From NCBI GenBank assembly GCA_017511715.1, contig JAFWJF010000007.1:73160-137159 (forward strand): a stretch of 64,000 bases of DNA. Direction: 5' to 3'. Shown here piece by piece: positions 29,098-39,514 of this stretch; the stretch's first letter is position 1, and each line of letters begins with the position of its first letter. The stretch comes from Alphaproteobacteria bacterium (lineage in GTDB: Bacteria; Pseudomonadota; Alphaproteobacteria; Rs-D84). The position numbers were made by a program, and so were the translations under genes. The notes below the pieces were generated by a model. It ran no database searches. It worked only from the letters and a program-made list of their open reading frames with translations, and was not told where the DNA came from.

Positions 29098-29352
29098 ATG
29101 TATACAAAAGACGAGATTTTTAATCATATAAAAAACATATTGGTTAAAGAATTTGATGCGGATGCTGACAAAATAACCCCTGAAACCCTTTTGGTTGAAG
29201 ATTTAGATTTAGATTCAATTGATGCGGTAGATTTGGTTGTCCGTCTGCAAAAAATTATTGGTTGCAAAGTAGAGCCTGATGATTTCAAACAAATTCGCAC
29301 TTTACAAGATATGGTTGATGCTATTGAAAAAATCGTTAATAAAGCTAATTAA
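29098..29352 (+). CDS. Acyl carrier protein 2 (ApeF-like)
   Basis: LDLDSIDAVDL..FKQIRTLQD. Confidence 0.92.
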   Translation: MYTKDEIFNHIKNILVKEFDADADKITPETLLVEDLDLDSIDAVDLVVRLQKIIGCKVEPDDFKQIRTLQDMVDAIEKIVNKAN

Positions 29353-29875
29353 GATTATTGCCTTTGGGGTCACGATTTTTTACCCGTTTATTGTGTTTTT
29401 GATATTAAAAAAACACATGCCTGTTCGTTTTTTGGCTTTATTTTTATTAACAATCGCTGGCATGACATTTATACGCAATAAAAACATTTGGATATTTGCA
29501 TGTTTATTACTGCTTGGCACCGGACTGATTATCTTTAACGACAATATTTTTCTGAAATTATATCCCGTTTTAATGAATATCAATGTCGGTTTAATGTTTG
29601 CGTTATCTTTGCGGGGCACCCCTTTAATTGAAAAATTTGCAAAAAGAATGGGGCAGAATCTGAACACGAAACAAAAAGAATATGCCAAAAGCGCAACTTG
29701 TGCATGGGCTGTATTTATGCTTTGTTTGACAATTGTTTCTTTCATAACAATATTCTTATCTGATGAAGCATGGGTTCTATTTAACGGTTTGATTTCCTAT
29801 ATTTTGATTGCTATCATGATGGGTACAGAATTTATAATTCGTAAAAGGTTTGTGAATGTTCACAGAAATAAATAA
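29318..29875 (+). CDS. COG4648-type membrane protein (ApeG-like)
   Basis: YPFIVF..LKLYPVLMN..PLIEKFA..WVLFNGLISY..EFIIR; position after the two ACPs. Confidence 0.82.
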   Translation: MLLKKSLIKLIKIIAFGVTIFYPFIVFLILKKHMPVRFLALFLLTIAGMTFIRNKNIWIFACLLLLGTGLIIFNDNIFLKLYPVLMNINVGLMFALSLRGTPLIEKFAKRMGQNLNTKQKEYAKSATCAWAVFMLCLTIVSFITIFLSDEAWVLFNGLISYILIAIMMGTEFIIRKRFVNVHRNK

Positions 29876-31553
29876 ATTCTTTATCAGTAATATTGCCCCA
29901 ACACATACTGTTTTTTATCGTGGCGATAAAAAAGTGTCTTTTGCTGAATTTTCTGATGATGTTGCGCGCATGGCAAATGTATTCAATCGCATAAAATCAG
30001 ATACTGTGATTTTATATATTCCTGAAAACATATATTTATTTCATGTGATGTTTATGGCATTGATGCAGGCAAAAAAAGATGTTATTTTACCGGCCATATT
30101 AACGGAACAAAGCATTGATGCTCTGCGCACCGAAACGGATACAATTGTATCAGACCAAATGATTAATTTTGCTGGTTTTACATCTGTAGATATTAATCAA
30201 GATTTTGGAAGCGACTGGAATTTTTGTGATATGGATGACCGATTGATATATTTCTTTACTTCGGGCAGCACCGGCACACCAAAGAAAATATGCAAAACAT
30301 TTCACAACCTGTCCGCAGAAGTTGCCATGCACAATAAAATGCAATACAACGCTTTCAATATGTCGCCTGTAACGATTGCTTCCATTGCACCATATCATAT
30401 GTACGGGTTATTGTGGCGTTTTTTGATTCCTATGGCTGGCGGAATTGCGATTGATACAAACATGATTTTTACCCCGGAAGAATTACAGGATGCACAACAA
30501 AAATTTGACGCGGTTTTATTCGCAACAACACCGTCTTTCCTGGACGGAATAGTAAAATATCAAGGTCAATATAAATTTCCAGATAATTGTGTTGGTATAT
30601 TTTCATCTGGCAGTTTACTTAATTTGCAAACTTCTGAAAAAACACGCAAAATCTTTGGTGTATCACCCTTTGAGGTTTTTGGCAGCACAGAAACCGGAGG
30701 CGTTGCTTTCCGTCAACAAGAAAACGGACCTCTTTGGACTGTCTTTGATGGTGTAAAAATAAATTCAGATGAAAATAATTGTATAATTGCAGATTCAGAA
30801 TTTTGCTGTGTTCGCCCATTTCAAATGTCAGATGTAATAGAATCACAAAACGAACACCAGTTTGTGTTAAAAGGTCGCGCCGACAGAATTGTAAAAATAG
30901 CCGAAGAACGAATTTCTTTGCCTGAATACGAAGATAGATTATGTTCACATAAATTTGTTGAACACGCTTATGTGACAACAGTTAATCAAAACGGACGAGT
31001 TGTTATAGGTTGCGTTTTGACCCTAACAGACGAAGGTAAAAATTTCATAACATCACATGGGCGGCATGAATTTATAACAAATATAAAAAATTTATTGTCA
31101 GCATATTTCCCGAATGTCGCACTGCCACGAAAAATTAGAATTGTTAATAAAATACCTATGAATACCCAAGGTAAAATATTAAAATTAGAGATTAATGAAA
31201 TCTTGCGTTCCATTGTGGCAGAACCAATCGCAAAAAAATTGACGACAACAGATTCTTTCTTGACCGCAGAACTTATGTTTTTAGGTGATTCTGCCTATTT
31301 CAAGGGGCATTTCGAAGATTGTCCTGTTTTGCCTGGGGTAATACAATTACATTTTGTTATTAAATTTATCCAGACCTTTTTTCATAAAAAAATCGAAGTT
31401 TATGATGTTATAAAACTGAAATTTACCAGTTTAATTTTACCAGATACTTTGGTACATTTTCAGTTGAACAAATTAAGTGATAACGAATTTAGTTTCTGTT
31501 ATGAAAAAGGTGATGTAAAATATTCTGCCGGAAAAATTGTTATAAAGGAATAA
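29856..31553 (+). CDS. Acyl-ACP synthetase (ApeH-like) fused to ApeI-like dehydratase domain
   Basis: FTSGSTGTPK, HMYGL, FGSTETGG, GRADRIVKI, then YFKGHF..PVLPGVIQ hotdog motif. Confidence 0.88.
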   Translation: MFTEINKFFISNIAPTHTVFYRGDKKVSFAEFSDDVARMANVFNRIKSDTVILYIPENIYLFHVMFMALMQAKKDVILPAILTEQSIDALRTETDTIVSDQMINFAGFTSVDINQDFGSDWNFCDMDDRLIYFFTSGSTGTPKKICKTFHNLSAEVAMHNKMQYNAFNMSPVTIASIAPYHMYGLLWRFLIPMAGGIAIDTNMIFTPEELQDAQQKFDAVLFATTPSFLDGIVKYQGQYKFPDNCVGIFSSGSLLNLQTSEKTRKIFGVSPFEVFGSTETGGVAFRQQENGPLWTVFDGVKINSDENNCIIADSEFCCVRPFQMSDVIESQNEHQFVLKGRADRIVKIAEERISLPEYEDRLCSHKFVEHAYVTTVNQNGRVVIGCVLTLTDEGKNFITSHGRHEFITNIKNLLSAYFPNVALPRKIRIVNKIPMNTQGKILKLEINEILRSIVAEPIAKKLTTTDSFLTAELMFLGDSAYFKGHFEDCPVLPGVIQLHFVIKFIQTFFHKKIEVYDVIKLKFTSLILPDTLVHFQLNKLSDNEFSFCYEKGDVKYSAGKIVIKE

Positions 31554-31555
31554 AA

Positions 31556-32860
31556 ATGTTTAGAGCCGTCATAATAATACCTTGTTTTAATCACGCAGAT
31601 GCATTTGTCACGGTTGCAAACAAACTTGATAAATACAAACTGCCGGTGATTGTCATTGATGACGGCAGTGAAACCAACCAATCAAAAAAGATAAAAAGCA
31701 CATGTCAAAAATACAATTATATGTATGTAAAACATGATAAAAACTCTGGCAAAGGTGCTGCTATGCTGACAGGGTTTCGGCAGGCTGCCCAAAAAGGTTT
31801 TTCAAATGCATTACAAATTGATGCAGATGGTCAGCACGATATAAACGATATTCCAAAATTTATAAAACTTGCACAAAAACACCCAAATGCACTGATTGTG
31901 GGTCAACCTGTGTATGATTCTTCTGCGCCAAAATCACGTTTAATTGGACGCAAAATCACAGACTTTTGGGTTGCAATCGAAACATTAAACCCGCACATGC
32001 CTGACGCAATGTGTGGGTTTCGCGTGTATCCAGTAAAAGAAACAAATACAATATTATCGTCATTATGTTTTATGCGCATGGGTTTTGATATTGAAATTCT
32101 TGTTAAACTATACCGCATGGGGATAAATATTATCACCACACAAACACGTGTCACGTATCCAAAATCAGGCGTTTCTCATTTTCGTGTTTGGCATGATAAT
32201 TTTTACATAAGTTTATTACATACATATTTATTCTTTGGGTTGCCGTTGTGGTTGTTAAACGGTTTCGCTGGAAAAATTAAAAATTTATTTTTGGTGTTTG
32301 TATTGTTTTGTGGCACTGCCAATGCCAAAAACATTACACAAATGCCAGACACATTAAAAACATTTACTGATAATTTAGGTACGGTTTCTGCTGCATACAC
32401 CCAATCTAAAACATTGCCTGAATCAACAAAAATATTTCATGCACGTGGTGTTGTTAAATTCGTAAAAGATAGTGGGTTCAAGTGGAAACAACTGGATCCA
32501 AATTCTTTTGATTTTACATCTACACTTGACACTTATTGCGTGAATGGGTCACCAGAAACTTTATCCAGTTTACCATATTTTTCACAAATTCAATCTATGA
32601 TAAAAGATATGCTGGATGGCGACATGAACGACTTTTTGACGGCATTTGATGCTGATTACACAGAAAGCAAAAAAGGACAAAACTGGACTCTGTTGGCATC
32701 ACCAAAAATTTCAGCAATTTCTGACTTCCTTGAATCAATGACAATGACAGGAAACAAAAAAGATTTAACACAAATTGTTATAAAATATAAAAACGGTACG
32801 AAAATCGTACTTGACTTTAGGCGCTTGAAAACAGATTTAACTGATGAAATTGAATGTTAA
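31556..32860 (+). CDS. GT2 glycosyltransferase (ApeJ N-half) fused to a LolA-like carrier domain (ApeL-like)
   Basis: IIPCFNH, IDDGS, QIDADGQH, DAMCGFRVYP, RMGFDIEILV, SHF..HDN; then a hydrophobic segment and YTQSKTL..RGVVKF...GFKW..WTLLASP typical of the LolA fold. Confidence 0.8.
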   Translation: MFRAVIIIPCFNHADAFVTVANKLDKYKLPVIVIDDGSETNQSKKIKSTCQKYNYMYVKHDKNSGKGAAMLTGFRQAAQKGFSNALQIDADGQHDINDIPKFIKLAQKHPNALIVGQPVYDSSAPKSRLIGRKITDFWVAIETLNPHMPDAMCGFRVYPVKETNTILSSLCFMRMGFDIEILVKLYRMGINIITTQTRVTYPKSGVSHFRVWHDNFYISLLHTYLFFGLPLWLLNGFAGKIKNLFLVFVLFCGTANAKNITQMPDTLKTFTDNLGTVSAAYTQSKTLPESTKIFHARGVVKFVKDSGFKWKQLDPNSFDFTSTLDTYCVNGSPETLSSLPYFSQIQSMIKDMLDGDMNDFLTAFDADYTESKKGQNWTLLASPKISAISDFLESMTMTGNKKDLTQIVIKYKNGTKIVLDFRRLKTDLTDEIEC

Positions 32861-34991
32861 AAAGATTTTCTTTGTAAGCATATTTTTATGCAGTCTATGC
32901 ATACTGTGTTTGTGGCGCACGCCATTATCTTTGCAAACAAATCTTAATTCGCTTATTGAAACAAACAACACAGATTGGCCGGTTGATGAATTAACAAATA
33001 AATTTTCAGATGTTGTTAATATCGTTGTTAAATCTGAAAATCTAAACGACGCGAAACGCACAGCGGCAAACATAACAGACGCATTATCCACAGAACAATT
33101 TGATGATTTGTCTGTTATAACCACCGACATATCTGTATCTGATGCACTTAATCAGATTAATATTCACAGAAATTCGTTTTTAAGTTCTGATTATCGCGAC
33201 ATATTGAAACAAGAAAATTTTGCAAAAATTACTGCCAATGCGGTTTCGACGGTTTCCAGTTCGATGGTTCCGGGTATTTTAAGTCTAAAAGACGACCCTT
33301 TTCTTTTGGCGACAAATTATATAAGCGAACTAAAATCTGCAAACGGAAAATGGAATTACAGGGACGGGTTCTTGTGGCAATATGTTGCACCAAATCATTA
33401 TATTTTAATTTCTGTTAATGTTGCGAATCACGACACAAATAAATTGATAACAAATATCAACTCTTTAACAACATTAGTAAAGAAATGCAACGAAAACGAC
33501 ACACAGGTATTCTTGTCTGGTGTTCCGATGCACACCGCAAACATGACTCAAACCAGTAAAATGCAGTTAAGCGTTTTCTCTTTGATAGCATTAATGGTGG
33601 CTGTATTACTAAATTGGTTATTATTTCGTAAAACAGCAACGCTGTTACCTGTTATCTTAAGTTTGTTTTTTGGTTTCATATCTGGTTCTGTTGCGTTGTT
33701 TTTGTGTTTTTCCGAACCACATATATTAACATTTGTGTTTGGCACGACATTGATTGGACTTGGCATAGATTATTCTTTCCATTTTATTAGTTCTTTACTT
33801 AATAAAAACGATAAAAAAATTCATAAAAACATTTTACATTCCTTTTTAACTACACTTGTGTGTTTTTTACCGTTAATGTTTTCTGGCTTGTCTTTGCTGC
33901 AACAGATATCAGTATTTACCATTGCCGGTTTGTCCGCGATTTATTTAGGCTGGTTGGTATTCATGCCTAAATCAATAAATGCCACGAACACCGTAATAAA
34001 AATACCACATGCTGTTTCCAAAAAATATCGTCCTTTTGTAATTGGAACAATGATTATGGCGATATTGATAACAACACCTTTTATAAAGGCACAAAATAAT
34101 ATGTCGCAATTATACAGGCCAAATGCCGAACTGTTAAAAGCAGAAGTTTTAATGCAAAAACTGAATAATATTGATGCATCTAAATTTTTACTTATTCGTG
34201 GCGAAAACCTTAACGATGTTTTGCGCACTTCTGAAAGAATAAAAGAAAAATCTGGCAATTTTTTTGATTTATCAACCATTATTCCATCGCAAGAACGTCA
34301 GATTGAAAATCAAGATTTAATTCGTGCACTGTACAAATCAGAATCAAAAAAAATTTATCGCGAATTAGGACTTCGTACAATTCCGAAATTTGTTGAAACG
34401 CCACTAATTCAATTTTCAGATATTCAGAATAACGAAACACTGAATAATTTATTAAATAAGTTTATATTTAATGATGGCAAATATGTGTATCTTGTTGCAC
34501 AAGTCAATTCTGAATTTAAGACAACAGCCACCAACGCAATAATAGTTTCGCCGAAACAACAAATGGCTGATTTAATGCAACAATATTCGTATGAATCATA
34601 TCGTTTGTTAACAATATGCGGTATTTCTTTGGTTTTGCTGTTGTTGGTGTTATACGGGAAAAAGGCTTTGCTGTATTTGACACCTTCGTTATTGGCCGTT
34701 GGGTTAACTGCCACGGTATTAACATGGTTTAATCAGCCGATAACATTTTTCCATCTATTAAGTTTATTCATTGTTGTCGGTTTGACATTAGATTATTCTA
34801 TTTTTCACATTAATGCGACGGATAACCACGAAATAAAACCTGTATTCTTTTCGTTTTTAACCAGTTTTGCGGGGTTTGGAATATTAGGCTTTGCCAGTTT
34901 CTTTTTAATTCAGTCAATGGGTATTACACTGGGGCTTGGTTTAACCTTAGGTTATTTAATATCTTTATTTCTTTTTCGCCGTCAAAATTGA
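32844..34991 (+). CDS. MMPL/RND-family exporter (ApeM-like)
   Basis: Two TM bundles with HILTFVFGTTLIGLGIDYS and GLTLDYSIF motifs. Confidence 0.88.
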   Translation: MKLNVKKIFFVSIFLCSLCILCLWRTPLSLQTNLNSLIETNNTDWPVDELTNKFSDVVNIVVKSENLNDAKRTAANITDALSTEQFDDLSVITTDISVSDALNQINIHRNSFLSSDYRDILKQENFAKITANAVSTVSSSMVPGILSLKDDPFLLATNYISELKSANGKWNYRDGFLWQYVAPNHYILISVNVANHDTNKLITNINSLTTLVKKCNENDTQVFLSGVPMHTANMTQTSKMQLSVFSLIALMVAVLLNWLLFRKTATLLPVILSLFFGFISGSVALFLCFSEPHILTFVFGTTLIGLGIDYSFHFISSLLNKNDKKIHKNILHSFLTTLVCFLPLMFSGLSLLQQISVFTIAGLSAIYLGWLVFMPKSINATNTVIKIPHAVSKKYRPFVIGTMIMAILITTPFIKAQNNMSQLYRPNAELLKAEVLMQKLNNIDASKFLLIRGENLNDVLRTSERIKEKSGNFFDLSTIIPSQERQIENQDLIRALYKSESKKIYRELGLRTIPKFVETPLIQFSDIQNNETLNNLLNKFIFNDGKYVYLVAQVNSEFKTTATNAIIVSPKQQMADLMQQYSYESYRLLTICGISLVLLLLVLYGKKALLYLTPSLLAVGLTATVLTWFNQPITFFHLLSLFIVVGLTLDYSIFHINATDNHEIKPVFFSFLTSFAGFGILGFASFFLIQSMGITLGLGLTLGYLISLFLFRRQN

Positions 34992-35459
34992 TTCTGCATC
35001 AAAAAAACTTAGACGCGGAACCGAAAATTGTCGCGTTGACACAATACAAATTAAATAGTCATCATGCATTATAAAACGAGTACAATCAGATGGGGCGTCT
35101 AATTTATATGTGGCCTCGCTTTCTGTGAAAACTTTATAAAAATCAAACAATGTTTTTGGTGCTTTTAGCCCCGCAAGAGCCGCGCCAGCAACAAAATCAC
35201 GTTCAACAGACACATTTTCTATATCAATACCCACAGGCGTATTTTGTGCGCTTGCAACAACAACAAATCTGTCCTTGTGGGCGATAGATGTGTATTTTTT
35301 TCCGATACTGTTAACCATTAAATGCCCTAATATAAACTGCAGTTTTCGCGTATGTTTTTGGAATTTTGTTGCACGAAGTTTATCTTCTGGCGACAACAGC
35401 GCCAGATAATCATCGGGGTTCTTGCTTATTGAATCAATATCTGCTATAAATACCTGCAT
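34965..35459 (-). CDS. 4'-phosphopantetheinyl transferase (short, Sfp-like, divergent)
   Basis: LLSPED..R..F..R, TSIAH, PVGIDIE, FYKVFTESEATYK (W-x-x-K-E-A equivalent). Start uncertain (35459/35468). Confidence 0.72.
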   Translation of the reverse strand: MQVFIADIDSISKNPDDYLALLSPEDKLRATKFQKHTRKLQFILGHLMVNSIGKKYTSIAHKDRFVVVASAQNTPVGIDIENVSVERDFVAGAALAGLKAPKTLFDFYKVFTESEATYKLDAPSDCTRFIMHDDYLICIVSTRQFSVPRLSFFDAESILTAKKK

Positions 35460-35500
35460 AGGATGCATTATAAAATAAAAAAAGCCAAAGGCAAGTCGCA

Positions 35501-36412
35501 TTGAATACAGACAAATGGTATCAACAGCAAGAACAAGGTGCCGGCAGTTTTCGTCTGAATCTGCTTTTTTGGATATACAAAATTTTTGGCATAATATTTG
35601 TGAAATTTTGGACACGATTGGTGGCAACCATAATTGGAACAGGTGCTAAATCTGCAAAGCAATTCTCAAGTAAATACAGGCAAATTTTGAACGAATACCA
35701 AATCAATCACAATATTAAGCCAACCAAATTTTCCCCGGCACAACACATTAGTTTTTTTGCAGATTCTTTGGTTGATAAAATGGTGGCGATGTGTTCTGTA
35801 AAAAATCGTTTAACATTTTTGGTCAAAAATAATGCTGATTGGAAAGAATTCCAAAAACTGATTAAACAAAAACAAGGTATATTTTTAATCTGCAGTCACA
35901 TTGGAAACATAGAAGCTCTGGCTGCATTCCCCGACAGTAAAAACATCAAGATTCACGCTTTTCAGCAAATTAGTCAAACAGGTATTTTTCATACGTTTAT
36001 TTCGCGACATTCTGTAAGAAAAAATACAATAATTCACGCAATAGAAGATATGAATATTGGCACTGCCGCGGAAATGTTTGACTTTTTGGGAAACGGGGAA
36101 TTGGTTATGATGGCGGGCGACAGAATATCTGCCACGAACCCGGGCAAGACAATACACACACAAATCTTGGGGCATGATTGCGAATTACCAATGGGCGTTT
36201 TTAGATTTGCTAAATCTATGTCTTGCCCTGTTTTTGCAGTGGCTTTATTGAATACTGGGCGCGAAAAATACACACTAATTGTTGAAAAATTAGACAATAA
36301 AAATGTAAACGACATGGCAAATGGATTTGCTAAATTCTTGGAACAAAATATTTTAATTGCACCAATTCAGTGGTTTAATTTTTACGATTTCTTTGGCAAA
36401 AGACGCAGCTAG
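35501..36412 (+). CDS. LpxL-like acyltransferase (ApeJ C-half as a separate gene)
   Basis: WYQQQEQG, ICSHIGNIE, MAGDR, APIQWFNFYDF; TTG start. Confidence 0.82.
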   Translation: MNTDKWYQQQEQGAGSFRLNLLFWIYKIFGIIFVKFWTRLVATIIGTGAKSAKQFSSKYRQILNEYQINHNIKPTKFSPAQHISFFADSLVDKMVAMCSVKNRLTFLVKNNADWKEFQKLIKQKQGIFLICSHIGNIEALAAFPDSKNIKIHAFQQISQTGIFHTFISRHSVRKNTIIHAIEDMNIGTAAEMFDFLGNGELVMMAGDRISATNPGKTIHTQILGHDCELPMGVFRFAKSMSCPVFAVALLNTGREKYTLIVEKLDNKNVNDMANGFAKFLEQNILIAPIQWFNFYDFFGKRRS

Positions 36413-36511
36413 CACCCCCCCTATTCTATCAAAACGCATATAAAAATGTTGACAAAACAACATATTTTGCTAATTTCTTAGAAAGAATACGTATTGAAAA
36501 AGGATATGTTT

Positions 36512-36817
36512 ATGAAGAACAGATATCTTCAGTTTTTGTTCCGGGAAAAAGATTATACATCTCGTACTATCGGGTGCACACCGACACCGCTTTGCAGAAA
36601 AACAATGAAAGAATGTCCGGTTTACAAAGGCTTGGTGGATATCAAACTTTTACCTGTTGTTGATGATCCTGATACCAATTATGTTAATCAGTTACAATAC
36701 TTTCATGCTGTCATAGTTACGTTTCCGGCGCATTTTGGTTCTGTTTTGCAACGAAAGTTGACAGACAGATACTGTACCATGTGCCGCCAATGCGGCAAAG
36801 GGATAAAAATAAAATAA
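36512..36817 (+). CDS. Hypothetical Cys-motif protein
   Basis: ORF with AAGGA RBS, C..C..CP and CxxCxxC motifs, followed by a terminator. Confidence 0.55.
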   Translation: MKNRYLQFLFREKDYTSRTIGCTPTPLCRKTMKECPVYKGLVDIKLLPVVDDPDTNYVNQLQYFHAVIVTFPAHFGSVLQRKLTDRYCTMCRQCGKGIKIK

Positions 36818-36820
36818 AAT

Positions 36821-36841
36821 AAAACGCCCCGTTGGGCGTTT
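36821..36841. terminator. Intrinsic terminator
   Basis: AAACGCCC-cgtt-GGGCGTTT. Confidence 0.65.
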
Positions 36842-37095
36842 GATTTTTGTGGCGGGCCAGAAGATAATCGAAAGGTCGGATTTTTTTGCCACGTGTGCGA
36901 ATTTCTTCTTTTTACACAAAGTATGCCATGATATTTTTTTAACCCCACAAAAGCCAAAATTTCGAATGTTTCCAGGGATTGTTTTTATAAAAAATATGTT
37001 GTACAAATATTGGTGTCTTATAAAAACGTGCATATCTTTTGGCATATAAACAAGAACGTCGAAAAGGTAGAATATAGAGCAGTTTTGTTACCGGA

Positions 37096-37938
37096 TTAAC
37101 AAGATGGTAAAAACAACCAATTATATTCTGGAAATGTTATAGGTTTATCGTATCCCAAATCACGCAATATTTGTATAACTTCTTCTGCATGACAGGGCAA
37201 GTAGTCGTGACAATATGCAGGAAAACTTTCTATGAAGATAGCGGGTTTGTGTTTTTTTATCGTATTTATCATTCCTTTCAAAACTTCCATTTCAAAGCCC
37301 TCAACATCTATTTTAACGAAATCTATCTTTTTCAAATTTAATTTAAAGCTATCCAAAGATACTATTTTAAAACTAAATTTATTTTTTGTGTTCGATGTTT
37401 TTATACTTGTTCCGCCAATATTATCAGATGCCATAAAATCAATTTCTCCGTTCCCGCAATCGTGCCCCAGACCGACATTATATGCAGTCACAATTTTATC
37501 AAGATTATTTATTTTAATGTTGTTTCGTAGCATTCTGAAAGTTTCTTGAACCGGCTCAAAAGCAATTACACGCTTTGCGCCGCCGATTGTTGAAAAAAAC
37601 ACCGAATGATTACCGATATTTGCGCCGATGTCCAATATGGTGGCATTTTTCGGTAAATATTTCAACAGAGTGTAAAGGATGTCTTGCTCAAAAAATTTAG
37701 ATGTGTTCACGATAGTGCGTTGTATTACGTCCCACGGATACAAAGGGCAATACATTTTTACAGAATTTGGCATCGTAAAAACATCACCGTTTTGTATCAA
37801 AGACATTTTTCTGCAAATCGTATCCGTATCAGAAAAGACAGGAATATATTTTGGTAATATACTGTGCTTCCGTTGGAATTTGCGGCGTTTGTCTTTTGAT
37901 ATAATAAAAAAAGATATTGTTTTCAGTATGCCTTTCAT
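37096..37938 (-). CDS. FkbM family SAM-dependent methyltransferase
   Basis: ILDIGANIGNHS, AFEP, FVKIDVEGFEMEVLKG, PAIFIE. Confidence 0.92.
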   Translation of the reverse strand: MKGILKTISFFIISKDKRRKFQRKHSILPKYIPVFSDTDTICRKMSLIQNGDVFTMPNSVKMYCPLYPWDVIQRTIVNTSKFFEQDILYTLLKYLPKNATILDIGANIGNHSVFFSTIGGAKRVIAFEPVQETFRMLRNNIKINNLDKIVTAYNVGLGHDCGNGEIDFMASDNIGGTSIKTSNTKNKFSFKIVSLDSFKLNLKKIDFVKIDVEGFEMEVLKGMINTIKKHKPAIFIESFPAYCHDYLPCHAEEVIQILRDLGYDKPITFPEYNWLFLPSC

Positions 37939-37956
37939 GGTGTCTCCATATTGTGT

Positions 37957-38610
37957 TTAATATATTTCTATTTTTTTATCCCAATCAATGTCGTGCTTTA
38001 CAATTTTTGCAGGATTTCCCGCAACAACTGTATTTGTTTCATAGAATGCCTTTGATACAACAGCAGAATTTGCGACAACCGAGTTGTTTGGAATTTTTGC
38101 CCGTTTTGTCAAGATGGCATTTGCGCCAATCCAACAATGATCGCCGATGGTCAAAGAATCCCGTGGAATATTTATAACCTGTTTTGTTTTTTTATCAATC
38201 AGCGCATGAAAATCAGACGCCCATATTTGAACGCCACTTGAAATCAAACATTCTTTGCCAATATTACATTTTGCACCGGCGGATATATAGATGTGTATTT
38301 CTTGGATATATGTGTTGTCATCAATACAAAGGTAATTACCGTTTCCACGTTCCATCAATATATCTGTATCGTTAAACATACAATTTTTGCCCAATTTTAT
38401 AACATTATCATCGGATAATATCGTGATGTTTATATTTGCGGGGTTTAACGGAAGCCCCACATAAATTCTGTTATTATTCCCATGTATTTTGATTTTTCCC
38501 AATTTGCGAATTTCTTGGCGGCCCAACTTAAAAAGTTTGTCGTCTACAACAGCAGCGATAATGTTGTTTTTACCATTGATATCAAATTTATTAAAACCGA
38601 ATATTGACAT
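37957..38610 (-). CDS. Hexapeptide-repeat (LbH) O-acyltransferase
   Basis: IGKECLIS..SDFH..IGDHCWIG..VAGNPAKIVK. Confidence 0.88.
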   Translation of the reverse strand: MSIFGFNKFDINGKNNIIAAVVDDKLFKLGRQEIRKLGKIKIHGNNNRIYVGLPLNPANINITILSDDNVIKLGKNCMFNDTDILMERGNGNYLCIDDNTYIQEIHIYISAGAKCNIGKECLISSGVQIWASDFHALIDKKTKQVINIPRDSLTIGDHCWIGANAILTKRAKIPNNSVVANSAVVSKAFYETNTVVAGNPAKIVKHDIDWDKKIEIY

Positions 38611-38706
38611 ATTGTATTGTATTGTAATTTATGGTGTCGGTTTTTCAAGCTTTTTCTTGATATTTGATACTTTGTGTACAATCATAATAAAAAAAGAGGT
38701 TTTGCA

Positions 38707-39468
38707 ATGATCCCAAAAATTTCCGTTTTTATGCCCGCGTATAATTCAGAAGCATTTATAGCAGAGGCCATAGAAAGTATTTTAAATCAAACTTTCAAAG
38801 ATTTTGAATTTATAATAATAAATGATGGTTCCACAGATAATACGTGGAATATAATACAAAAATATGCAAAACAAGATGACAGAATTCGTGCGTATTCCAG
38901 ATGTAAAAACAAAGGAATTGTTTATACGGCAAATGAAGGTTTTGACCTGGCCAGAGGTGAATATATTGCCCGCATGGACAGCGATGATGTGTCTTTGCCA
39001 GAACGTTTTGAAAAACAGATAACATATATGGATGAACATCCGGATGTCGGGCTGCTCGGGGCATGGACACAATATTTTCCGGGATTTGATATTTCCAAAC
39101 GACCAGAGAATATAGATTTGTTTTATCTGTTAAAAGATTGTCCGGTGGATCAACCTGTTGTAATGATAAGAAAATCAGTCATAGATAAATATAAGTTACG
39201 ATATGATGAAGATTATTTGGCATGTGAAGATCAAGAATTATGGTTCAGATTGATCAAGGTTTCCAAAATAGCAAACTTGCAAGAATTGTTATTGAAGCAC
39301 AGATGGCATGGAAATAATATATCAATCAAAATGGGCGATGTTCAACAACAAAATATTCAAAAAATTCGAAAACAGATTTTAAATTTCATAACAACATCCC
39401 CAGAACAGCAAGATGCTATAGCTAAGATTATACCAGAAATGTTTGAGCCCTTGGTATTAAAATCTTGA
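38707..39468 (+). CDS. GT2 family glycosyltransferase
   Basis: ISVFMPAYN, INDGSTD, ARMDSDD, ED.ELW. Confidence 0.92.
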   Translation: MIPKISVFMPAYNSEAFIAEAIESILNQTFKDFEFIIINDGSTDNTWNIIQKYAKQDDRIRAYSRCKNKGIVYTANEGFDLARGEYIARMDSDDVSLPERFEKQITYMDEHPDVGLLGAWTQYFPGFDISKRPENIDLFYLLKDCPVDQPVVMIRKSVIDKYKLRYDEDYLACEDQELWFRLIKVSKIANLQELLLKHRWHGNNISIKMGDVQQQNIQKIRKQILNFITTSPEQQDAIAKIIPEMFEPLVLKS

Positions 39469-39514
39469 CAACTATATATTTTGTGCTATATGTATAAAAA
39501 CAAATGGCAAGAAC

